Origin: an uncultured Acidobacteriota bacterium
GTDB lineage: Bacteria; Acidobacteriota; Thermoanaerobaculia; Multivoradales; UBA5704
Length of the DNA stretch: 64,000 bases
Direction: 5' to 3'
Assembly: GCA_963770895.1 (NCBI GenBank)
Contig: CAVYRF010000001.1
Span: 1,312,001 to 1,376,000 of the forward strand
In this document: positions 49,252-57,674 of the stretch, one piece after another
Layout of the letters: every line of letters starts with the position of its first letter
How positions within the stretch are numbered: position 1 is the first letter of the stretch
Made by a program: the position numbers and the translations under genes
Notes under the pieces: model-generated
What the model was told of the DNA's origin: nothing
Database searches by the model: none
Seen by the model: only the letters and a program-made list of their open reading frames with translations

Positions 49252-51354
49252 ATGAGGATCCGGGTCGACGCGCTCGCGGTTTCTCTGGGTGTGTCCCTGC
49301 TGGCCGCGGGCGGTGGCTGCCAGATAGAGCCGACGCCCAGCTCGCCGGCCGCAGCGATCGCTCTGCTTGCTGCGATCCCGAGCCTGCGTCCCGTCGCACC
49401 ACGTCTGACAGTTTTGCCCAACTATGCGCCGTGCCGCGAGAGCTCGCCCGATGAGAGTGGTGATCGATCGGCCGTCTGCGTTTCCCTGCGCGCACCAGGG
49501 AGCCGCGTCGAGAGCGACTTCAACCGGGTGCGTCGCGCCATCGTCGAGCATCCGCGGGAGGTGGAGTACGCCGCCGCGACCGCGGTCTGGCTCCTCTCGC
49601 GCGACGATATGCCAAGGGCGGCGGACAGGGCCGTCGAACGCTTTCAAGTCGTGGTGCGGTCGCATCCGTCGAGCGCCCGCGCGCTCAGCGATCTCGCCGC
49701 AGCGTACCTGGTCCGCGGTAGCGTGGAGAGCCTGCCTGCCGATTTCCTGCGGTCTCTCGACGATCTCGAACGCGCCCTGCTGCTGGAGCCCGGTTTGCCT
49801 GAGGCGCTCTTCAACCGCGGGCTCGTGTTCGAGCGTCTCGGTCTGTGTGCGGCCGCGGTCGCCTCCTGGGATGACTATCTGGCGATCGACGCCAGCTCGG
49901 GATGGGCTCGCGAAGCTGCTGCCCGCCGCGGCAGCATGCCCTGCCATTGGCCGGATTGGGAACCCGCCAAGGTCTGGGCGACGGGCGCCGACGCTGCTGC
50001 AGCTCCGCCCCCTGAGCTGGCAAAACTGCTCGCGGTGACGCCGATCGAGGTGAGTCGCCGCACGCTCGAAGAGCTTCTCCCGGCATGGGCGGAAACCTGG
50101 CTTGCCGGCAACCAGGAACAGGCCCGGCTGCGGCTCACCCGAATCCAATCCATTGCCGATGCCTTGGCGGTGCGCACCGGGGACGCGGCCACGGTCCGTC
50201 TGGTGGCCGAGCTCGGTGCGGAAGGGCAGCCGCACCAGGCGCGGCTGGCATTGGCGTACCAGCACCTTGGCGCGGCCGCTCGCCTGCAGGCCTCGAGCCT
50301 GTACGCACTGGCGCTCACCAAATACCAGCAAGCATTGGCAGCCAGCGGCGACCGTGAGACAGGTGTCGCTCTGTGGGCGCGGTACGGCATGATCACAACG
50401 CTGGTCACCGAGGAGGATTATTCCGTGGCGCTACGGCTTCTCTCCGAGCTGCGGCGAGAGCCGGGACTGGCATCCATGCCTGCGCTGAGCGCGCGTATCG
50501 CATGGTCGGAAGGGCTGGTCCAGCTGCGCACCGGCGCCTTCGCCGAGTCGCGCCAGAGCTTCGCTGCCACCGCCGCGATTTGCGACCACCTGCACGACTC
50601 CGTGCAGGCCGGGGCGGCCCGCGCGCTCGAGGCTGAAAGCCTGAACGCCCTCGGCATGGACGACGAGGCATGGCGGCTCCGCATCGCGGCGTTGCAAGCG
50701 CTTGGGCGTCATGCCTCGGGTCCGCTCCACAACCTGCTCGTCGATGCAGCTCTGGCCGGCCGCGAGGGCGGCTGGCCACATGCGGCCCTGGCTCTCCAAA
50801 CTGCTGGTCTGGCGGTCGCCAGGACGATGCGCTCCCCGAGCCGCACGGTCGAGGCGCTGCTTTGGCGGAGCAAGATCCTGGCCGCGCTCGCGCACTCCGC
50901 GCAGGCCATGGCGGACCTGCAAGATGCCTTTTCCCAGGTGCGGAACATCGCCGACCCGGGGGTGCGCCAGCGCCTCAGCGCGGAGCTCCACGAGGCGGCC
51001 GGTAGCCTGTTGATGGGCAGTGATCCGGCGCTGGCAGTGGACGAGCTGAGCGCGGCACTTCATTTCTATCGGCAGACAAGCTTTGCCTGGAAGCTTCCCT
51101 CCGTGCTCTTGCTTCGCGCTCGCGCCCGCTTACGGCTGGGCCATCAGGCTCTCGCGGCGGCCGACCTGGAGGCCGCGGTCGGCGAGTTCGAGCGCCGCGA
51201 CCGCGCGATGCCGCCGGAGATCTTCCGCTACAGCCATTTCGAGCGCGCCCAAGAGATCTTCGACGAAATGATCCGGCTGCAGGTCGCGCAGCATCGTCCC
51301 GATCTCGCCCTTGCCTACATGGAGCGATCGCGGTCGGCAGGTTGGCCCGTTTAA
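49252..51354 (+). CDS. TPR protein of the TPR-CHAT type, lacking the CHAT protease domain
   Basis: N-terminal hydrophobic segment; ALSDLAAAYL, PEALFN.GL..E.LGL, W..YL..D..S.WA.EA; ends at 'ALAYMERSRS', the motif that usually precedes CHAT. Confidence 0.75.
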   Translation: MRIRVDALAVSLGVSLLAAGGGCQIEPTPSSPAAAIALLAAIPSLRPVAPRLTVLPNYAPCRESSPDESGDRSAVCVSLRAPGSRVESDFNRVRRAIVEHPREVEYAAATAVWLLSRDDMPRAADRAVERFQVVVRSHPSSARALSDLAAAYLVRGSVESLPADFLRSLDDLERALLLEPGLPEALFNRGLVFERLGLCAAAVASWDDYLAIDASSGWAREAAARRGSMPCHWPDWEPAKVWATGADAAAAPPPELAKLLAVTPIEVSRRTLEELLPAWAETWLAGNQEQARLRLTRIQSIADALAVRTGDAATVRLVAELGAEGQPHQARLALAYQHLGAAARLQASSLYALALTKYQQALAASGDRETGVALWARYGMITTLVTEEDYSVALRLLSELRREPGLASMPALSARIAWSEGLVQLRTGAFAESRQSFAATAAICDHLHDSVQAGAARALEAESLNALGMDDEAWRLRIAALQALGRHASGPLHNLLVDAALAGREGGWPHAALALQTAGLAVARTMRSPSRTVEALLWRSKILAALAHSAQAMADLQDAFSQVRNIADPGVRQRLSAELHEAAGSLLMGSDPALAVDELSAALHFYRQTSFAWKLPSVLLLRARARLRLGHQALAAADLEAAVGEFERRDRAMPPEIFRYSHFERAQEIFDEMIRLQVAQHRPDLALAYMERSRSAGWPV

Positions 51355-51886
51355 CGAAGTACCGGCTTCGTGTCGTGTGCTGACCTGGTCGTCGGGCTCC
51401 TTTTCGCAGAGCCTCAATCCGGTCGTTGGCGGCCTCACCGTGACCGTCTCCGGAGTGACCGCGGTGAAGGCCAATGCCACCAAGTGGGTTTCCACCAATC
51501 CGGCCTCGATCAAACCTGCCTCGGTCGCGCCGCAGGTGATCTATCAGCGCGATCTGAGCGGGCTCAAGGATACCGAACAGATCACGATCTTCCTTGGCAA
51601 CAACTGTGCCGAGGACGTGCTCAATTGGCCGCGCAACTCGGCGTCGGGCAGGAACAGCGACAGCGATTTCAAGTGGCTCTACGGCCTGGCGCAGCCGAGC
51701 CAGCTGGCCTCCTGGGTCAATGCCGGCCTGCCGGTACCGATCGTTCCGGGAGGCAGCATCGACCAGGACATGGATCCGACCCTGGCCTTCGCCCAGCCCT
51801 GGGGCGGCGGCGGCGGTGTGACGTGCGAATGCAACGGTATGCTTCACGCGGCGACCACCTTCGGGTATGCAGAGGGAAACGCATGA
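51355..51886 (+). CDS. Hypothetical protein, probably 5'-truncated
   Basis: Coding-like frame with no convincing start; ends with an ATGA overlap onto the next gene; Cys pair 'TCEC' near the C-terminus. Confidence 0.55.
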
Positions 51887-52464
51887 GCTTGCCGACCGTG
51901 CTGAGCACAGCGGCGCTGCTTTGGACCCCTGCGCCGTCGCTGGCCCCTGCCTCACCATCGTGTGGCCTGGCCCGTTACCAGCCGGCTAGCCAGTGCCAGA
52001 CCTTTTGGTGCTGGGCCGCCGTGCTGCAACAGCTGCTGCTCTACATCGATGGCACCCAGACCAATCAGTGCGACCTGGCGACGCGCTTTATCGCCGCCAC
52101 TGGGCCGTGCTGCCCCTGCGATCCCACCGTCTACAACCCATGCAATCAGCTGGGTACCCTCAGGGACTATCTCGACAATCTGAATCTGGAGTACGACTTC
52201 ATGTCCGGCCCGGGTCTCACCCAGCCGGTGCTGCAAGCGGCCCTTTGCGCTTCACGGCCGGTGGTTGGAATGTTCAAGAATATCCAGCTCCAACATTATG
52301 TCGTGATCTCGGGCATTACGCCGGCCACGCCACAGTACTCTCTGGAGGTCTGCAACCCCGACCTCGGCACCAGGACGCAGATCCTGTGCCAGGACGGTCA
52401 ACCCATCGCACTCGTACCAGGCCTCAACCTGACCGAGGCGTACATTCTCAAGGGGCAAGCGTGA
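51883..52464 (+). CDS. Papain-like cysteine protease (C39-like / AvrRpt2-like)
   Basis: Q.QTFWCWAA nucleophile motif, QC.LA, HYVVI.G and V.NP positions; GAGGG RBS. Confidence 0.78.
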   Translation: MSLPTVLSTAALLWTPAPSLAPASPSCGLARYQPASQCQTFWCWAAVLQQLLLYIDGTQTNQCDLATRFIAATGPCCPCDPTVYNPCNQLGTLRDYLDNLNLEYDFMSGPGLTQPVLQAALCASRPVVGMFKNIQLQHYVVISGITPATPQYSLEVCNPDLGTRTQILCQDGQPIALVPGLNLTEAYILKGQA

Positions 52465-53042
52465 TGAGACTCGCTGACCTTTCTCCAGCAGCCGCCGAAA
52501 GCCTCAAGGTCGGCTTGGATTCGTATCTGTCCGGGCTCGGCAGGCAACGCCTGATCGAAGCGGGCGTCAACCTCGACAACCTCCAGGCCCGTGGCGTGCT
52601 CGCCAAAGCACGGCTCGACCTGGCGACCCTGCCCGCCTTGTGGACTGCCTCCGGAGCCGCACTCGACGCTCTCTTCGGCTACCTGTACGTCTGCCTCTTC
52701 GACGGCGATCGTTCGATCGGCTTTGCGACCCTGGCCCGCGCTGATGATGGCGCATACGCTCTCGAACACGTATCGCTCACCAGTTCGACGTTGCTCGTCG
52801 ACGGCCTCACCGCCATCCAACAACAACCCGACAGCGCCGCTCTCGAGATTCGCGTGCTGCATGTGCTGCCGCTCGCGCTCCACGCCCTGGTTCTCGTCCG
52901 CGGCGATGCGATCGATTCGTACTTCGTCCTGGCGCCGCGCTACCAACAGGGCGCGGCCGCCGTCACTCCCGCGGACTTCCGCGCCTTCGCCGAGAGCCTC
53001 GAGGCCAACCGCGACCACGCCTACCCTCCGCAACACGCTTGA
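52464..53042 (+). CDS. Hypothetical protein translationally coupled to the protease
   Basis: TGATG overlap; coding bias; 'EIRVLHV.....HAL' segment. Confidence 0.65.
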   Translation: MRLADLSPAAAESLKVGLDSYLSGLGRQRLIEAGVNLDNLQARGVLAKARLDLATLPALWTASGAALDALFGYLYVCLFDGDRSIGFATLARADDGAYALEHVSLTSSTLLVDGLTAIQQQPDSAALEIRVLHVLPLALHALVLVRGDAIDSYFVLAPRYQQGAAAVTPADFRAFAESLEANRDHAYPPQHA

Positions 53043-53322
53043 TCCTGGCTCTCCCAGCAATCGGCCGGCGTTCCAAGAACCGGTACGGCCGATCTGCAGA
53101 GGTCTGGTAGGCAGGCCTGTCTACTTCCTGCCGGTGCGGATTGTCAGGAGAATCTCGTTCACCCGCGCCCGGGCCAGCCAGCCCGGGCGCACTGCTGACC
53201 GCCGGGTACGGCAGCGTCTTGCGGTGATCCTGCTGCCGGGGGAGCCAGTGCGAGATCCTGCCGCACTGTCGTGCGCTGCTATCGACGCCTTGGGATTGTC
53301 CGCTGGTGTTCCGGGCGGGACG

Positions 53323-53490
53323 CTAGTGGCCTGTATCGGTGAAATTGGAAGCGGATGGCGCCGCCATTCGGCGGTGCGGGCCAGGCGCGCCGACGCAGGC
53401 ATAGTTGAACCTATGTCGAGGAGGCGCAACGCAGCCCCCGCCGTCGAGGGCAAGCCAGGCGCTGCCGATTTCACCGATACAGGACGCTAG
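53323..53490. mobile_element. 168-bp palindromic MITE-like element, copy 2
   Basis: CTAGTGGCCTGTATCGGTGAAAT ... ATTTCACCGATACAGGACGCTAG; core nearly identical to copy 1. Confidence 0.85.
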
Positions 53491-54872
53491 ATCGTGAGGC
53501 AGTATAGGAGAGCGTCGGAGCCGTCGCGGTAGTAGCGCTCGCGCCGCCCGGCCAGGCGGAAGCCCAGCGCGTGGTAGACGGCCAGGGCGCTCGCGTTGTC
53601 CGGGCGGACTTCCAGGAAACACTCGGTCACGCCGCCGGCGCGCAGGAGGGAGAGGCCTGCGGTGATCAGGCGCCGTGCCAGACCTTGCCGACGGGACGCT
53701 GGCAGGACGGCCACGCGCAGCAGCTCGGCTTGGCCTGCTGCATGGCGAAAGCAGGCGTAGCCGGTCGCCGGCGCCTGGTGCGGGGAGTCGGGCGCCGCAA
53801 CCACCAGCATGAGGCCGGCGGTCTGGTGCAGCTCGGCGGCCAACTGGTTTGACGACCAGGGGTCGGCAAAGGCGGCCGCCTCCAGGTGGGCAAGGCGGGG
53901 CAGATCGGCGTCGGTGGCCCGGCGGATCCCTTGTGGGTCCTGGGACGACGCCAACGGCAACATGGTCCGGCGCCGTTTCGGCGCGGTGGTAGCGGGTGGA
54001 CGGGCGTAGATGGGCGCCGCCAGGCTCGCGGGCTGCCATTGCGAAAGTGGCACCGCGGCGGCCAGGCGGAGCGCCATGGCGGCAAGCGGGGGCCCATCCC
54101 ACGCCTCGATCAGCCGGATGCCAGTGTCCGCCGCGATGCCGGCCGCCGCAGCCAATGCCGCGACGCCGAATGCCACCAGGCAGGGCCGCGCGGCCGTGCC
54201 GTCCCCGGCCCGCCGCCGCCCGCCGGCCGGGTCGGCGGCGCGCGCCGTCACCCACGACGCCAGCTCGGCCACCGGCACCAGCTCGATGCCGGTCAGCGGC
54301 TTCACGCCGGACAAGGGTTCGCCTCCCGCGGGCGGCTCGTCATCGACCAGCAGCTCGTTGCCGTAGAGAGACGCGGCGGGGCGGCGGGCAAACGCCTGCA
54401 CCGACCACTCACCGCGCAAGGCGTCGACGGCGGCGACGATCGATCCCTCGCCGCTTCCGCCGCCATTTTGATCTTCGTCCCCGTCGCGATCTCCATCGCC
54501 GCCGCTGCTGCTACCACTGCCGCGGGTTGCCGCCGCCGCTGCCGCGGCGGCCAGGGCGGCCAGGGTGGAGACGGCCTGGGCTGGGACGCCCAGGGCCTGG
54601 TGGAGACCGAGGGCGGTCGCCAGGGCGACGCGCAGGCCGGTGAAACTGCCGGGGCCGGCGGCGGCCACCAGGCCGGCGAGGTCGGCGGGTTGGGCGCCGG
54701 CGTCGCGCAGGGTGGCGTCGATCAGGGCGAGCAGCTGGGTGGAGGAGTGCTCCTGGGCGACGGCGCGGGCGGCGAGCGGCGTGCCGTTGCGGCCGACGGC
54801 GACGCTGACGCGCGGCGAGCCGGCGTCGAGCGACAGGATCAGGCCCTGGCCGGCGGCGGCCTTTCTTGCCAT
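53487..54872 (-). CDS. tsaB: TsaB (t6A biosynthesis) fused to RimI-like GNAT acetyltransferase
   Basis: HS..LL, GPGSFTGLRV, DALRGE, PIYAR; then DPWS, RRQGLA, FLEVR..N..A..VY...GF...GRR..YY.DG.DA. Confidence 0.88.
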   Translation of the reverse strand: MARKAAAGQGLILSLDAGSPRVSVAVGRNGTPLAARAVAQEHSSTQLLALIDATLRDAGAQPADLAGLVAAAGPGSFTGLRVALATALGLHQALGVPAQAVSTLAALAAAAAAAATRGSGSSSGGDGDRDGDEDQNGGGSGEGSIVAAVDALRGEWSVQAFARRPAASLYGNELLVDDEPPAGGEPLSGVKPLTGIELVPVAELASWVTARAADPAGGRRRAGDGTAARPCLVAFGVAALAAAAGIAADTGIRLIEAWDGPPLAAMALRLAAAVPLSQWQPASLAAPIYARPPATTAPKRRRTMLPLASSQDPQGIRRATDADLPRLAHLEAAAFADPWSSNQLAAELHQTAGLMLVVAAPDSPHQAPATGYACFRHAAGQAELLRVAVLPASRRQGLARRLITAGLSLLRAGGVTECFLEVRPDNASALAVYHALGFRLAGRRERYYRDGSDALLYCLTI

Positions 54873-54913
54873 GCCACAAGTATAGGGTTGGCGGGCCGAT
54901 ATACTCTGCGCCG
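54873..54913. promoter_or_regulatory. Divergent overlapping promoters for tsaB-rimI and mutS, probably leaderless
   Basis: TATACT on the minus strand 6 nt before the tsaB ATG and TATACT on the plus strand (54900-54905) 8 nt before the mutS ATG; no SD on either side. Confidence 0.65.
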
Positions 54914-57598
54914 ATGACAGAGCGGAGTGCGACGGTGCAGCTGACGCCGATGTTGCGCCAGTACCTTGAGGTCAAGGCGCGGCACCCGGATGCGGTCGTG
55001 CTGTACCGCATGGGCGACTTTTTCGAGATGTTCTTTGACGACGCGGTGAAGGCGGCGCCGATCCTGGAGGTGCAGCTGACCGCCCGGCAGCGCGGCAGCG
55101 ACAGCGAGGCGCCGATGTGCGGCGTGCCGCACCACGCCCTGGACACCTACCTGGTGAAGCTCCTGGCGGCGGGCCTGAAGGTGGCGATCTGCGACCAGGT
55201 GGAGGACCCGGCCAAGGCCAAGGGGCTGGTGCGCCGCGAAGTGACGCGGGTGGTGACGCCCGGCACGCTGTCCGATCCCGACCTGCTGGACAGCCGCGAA
55301 GACAACCTGCTTGCCGCCATCGCGTGGGAGGGCGAGCAGGGAGCGGGCGCCTTCCTCGACATCTCGACCGGCACCTTCTTCGTGCGCCGCTGGGGCGCCG
55401 CCGAAGAGGCCACGGACGACCTGGCGCTCCTGCGGCCGCGCGAAATGCTGCTGGCGGGCGACGGGGTGCCGGCGACGGTGCGCGAATGGGCGGAGCGCGA
55501 GTGCGCCTGCACCACACCGCTGGCGGGCGACCGGCTGCTCGATCCGCGGCGCGCCGGCGACCTGTTGCAGCGCCACCTGGGAGCGTCGACGCTGCGCGGC
55601 TTCGGCCTGCTGCAGCAGGAGCCGGCTGTGCTGGCGGCCGCGTCGGCGCTGGCCTATGCGCGCGAAACGCAGCGCAGCGACCTGTCGCACATCCAGACGC
55701 TCAGCGTCCGCGAGGCGGGCGACCGGCTGGTCCTGGACGCCGCGACGCTGGCCAACCTGGAGGTGTTCCGGCCTGCCTCCTCGGCCGCCGCGCTGGCCCA
55801 GCTGGCACCCATCCAGGCGAGCGCCGCCGCCGCCGGCGCAGCCGGCGAGCGCCGCCGCCGCACCACCCTTCTGGGCGTGCTCGACCGCACCGCCACGCCG
55901 CCGGGCGGGCGGCTGCTGCGCGAATGGCTGCGGCGTCCGTTGCGCGATCCCCAGGCGATCTCCCTCCGCCACCAGGCGGTGGCGGACCTGGCCGGCGACC
56001 ATCCGCGGCGCGAGCGGCTGCGCGAACGCCTGGGCCGCGTCGGCGACCCCGAGCGCCTGCTGGCGCGCGCCGTCCTGGGCACGCTGACGCCGCGCGAAGC
56101 GGCGGCGCTGCGCGACAGCCTGGCCGAGGCGCCCGCCATCCTGGCCGAGGCGGCGGCCGGCAACGCCCAGATGCTGGCCGACCTTGCCGCCGTCGATCCG
56201 CTGCCGCGGCTCGCCGCCGAGCTCGCCAGGGTGCTGGAGCCGGTGGCGGGCGGCACGCTCGACGAGGGCGGGGTCATCGCCGCCGGCGTCGATCCCGAGC
56301 TCGACAAGTACCGCTCGCTCACCGGCGACAGCAAGCGCCACATCCTGGCGCTGGAGGTGCGCGAGCGCGAGCGCACCGGCATCTCCTCGCTCAAGGTGCG
56401 CTACAACCGGGTTTTCGGCTATTACCTGGAGGTGACGCGCGCCAACCAGGATCGGGTGCCCGCCGACTACATCCGGCGCCAGACCCTGGCCAACGCCGAG
56501 CGCTACGTGACGCCGGAGATCAAGGAGCTGGAAGAGCAGATCCTGGCGGCCGAGGAGCGCCAGCTGGCGCTGGAGCGCGAGCATTTCCAGCGCCTGATCG
56601 CCACCGTCGCCGCCGACGCGCGGGGGCTGCACGCGCTGGCCGCCGCCATCGCCACGCTCGACGTGCTGGCGGCGTTTGCCGAGGCGGCGGCGCGGCACCG
56701 CTACGTGGTGCCACAGATGCTGCCGGCGGGAGCGCCGCTGATCATCCGCGAAGGCCGCCACCCGGTCGTGGAAGTGGCGAGCCGCGACGCGTTCGTGCCC
56801 AACGACACGGAGCTGGATTCCGAATCGGCGCAGATCGTCCTGCTGACCGGCCCCAACATGGGCGGCAAGTCGACCTACCTGCGGCAGGTGGCGCTGATCG
56901 TTCTCATGGCGCAGGCCGGCAGCATGGTGCCCGCCGATTCCGCCTCGCTGGGCGTCGTCGACCGCATCTTCACCCGCGTCGGCGCCTCCGACGATCTGGC
57001 GCGCGGCGAATCGACGTTCATGGTCGAGATGATCGAAACGGCCAACATCCTGCGCCACGCCACCGGCCACAGCCTGGTGATCCTGGACGAAGTGGGCCGC
57101 GGCACCGCGACGTTCGACGGCCTGTCGCTGGCCTGGGCGGTGGTGGAATACCTGCACGAGCACGGCCGCCCCAAGACGCTGTTCTCCACCCACTATCACG
57201 AGCTGACGGAGCTGGCGACGGTGCTGCCGCGCGTCGTCAACCGCACGCTCGCGGTCAGGGAGTGGGACGAGCGCATCGTGTTTCTGCACCGCGTGGTGCC
57301 GGGCAGCGCCGACAAATCCTACGGCTTGCAGGTGGCCCGCCTGGCCGGCCTGCCGCCGGCGGTGATCCAGCGCGCCGGCGAGGTCCTGGGCAACCTGGAA
57401 GCGCACGAATACGATCTGACCGGCAGGCCGCGGCTGGCGCGCGGTCACGCGCCGGCGGAGCCCGCGCCCGCGCAGTTGACACTTTTCGTTCCCCCCGAGC
57501 ACGTGATAGCGTCGCTGCTGCGGGAGGTGGACCTCGACCAGCTGGCGCCGCTCGCGGCGCTCAACTTGCTCCACAGCTTGAAGTCAAGGTTGGGATGA
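54914..57598 (+). CDS. mutS: DNA mismatch repair protein MutS
   Basis: TPM.RQY..K, GDFFEMF, TGPNMGGKSTYLRQ, STFMVEM, DEVGRGT, THYHEL, SYGL.VA.LAG. Confidence 0.98.
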   Translation: MTERSATVQLTPMLRQYLEVKARHPDAVVLYRMGDFFEMFFDDAVKAAPILEVQLTARQRGSDSEAPMCGVPHHALDTYLVKLLAAGLKVAICDQVEDPAKAKGLVRREVTRVVTPGTLSDPDLLDSREDNLLAAIAWEGEQGAGAFLDISTGTFFVRRWGAAEEATDDLALLRPREMLLAGDGVPATVREWAERECACTTPLAGDRLLDPRRAGDLLQRHLGASTLRGFGLLQQEPAVLAAASALAYARETQRSDLSHIQTLSVREAGDRLVLDAATLANLEVFRPASSAAALAQLAPIQASAAAAGAAGERRRRTTLLGVLDRTATPPGGRLLREWLRRPLRDPQAISLRHQAVADLAGDHPRRERLRERLGRVGDPERLLARAVLGTLTPREAAALRDSLAEAPAILAEAAAGNAQMLADLAAVDPLPRLAAELARVLEPVAGGTLDEGGVIAAGVDPELDKYRSLTGDSKRHILALEVRERERTGISSLKVRYNRVFGYYLEVTRANQDRVPADYIRRQTLANAERYVTPEIKELEEQILAAEERQLALEREHFQRLIATVAADARGLHALAAAIATLDVLAAFAEAAARHRYVVPQMLPAGAPLIIREGRHPVVEVASRDAFVPNDTELDSESAQIVLLTGPNMGGKSTYLRQVALIVLMAQAGSMVPADSASLGVVDRIFTRVGASDDLARGESTFMVEMIETANILRHATGHSLVILDEVGRGTATFDGLSLAWAVVEYLHEHGRPKTLFSTHYHELTELATVLPRVVNRTLAVREWDERIVFLHRVVPGSADKSYGLQVARLAGLPPAVIQRAGEVLGNLEAHEYDLTGRPRLARGHAPAEPAPAQLTLFVPPEHVIASLLREVDLDQLAPLAALNLLHSLKSRLG

Positions 57599-57674
57599 AC
57601 ACCGGTCGCTCCGCCATTTGCAACCGCTGCCGGGCTGCAGTCGTGTTGCGTGTTCGTTTACAATCAAGAGTCGG

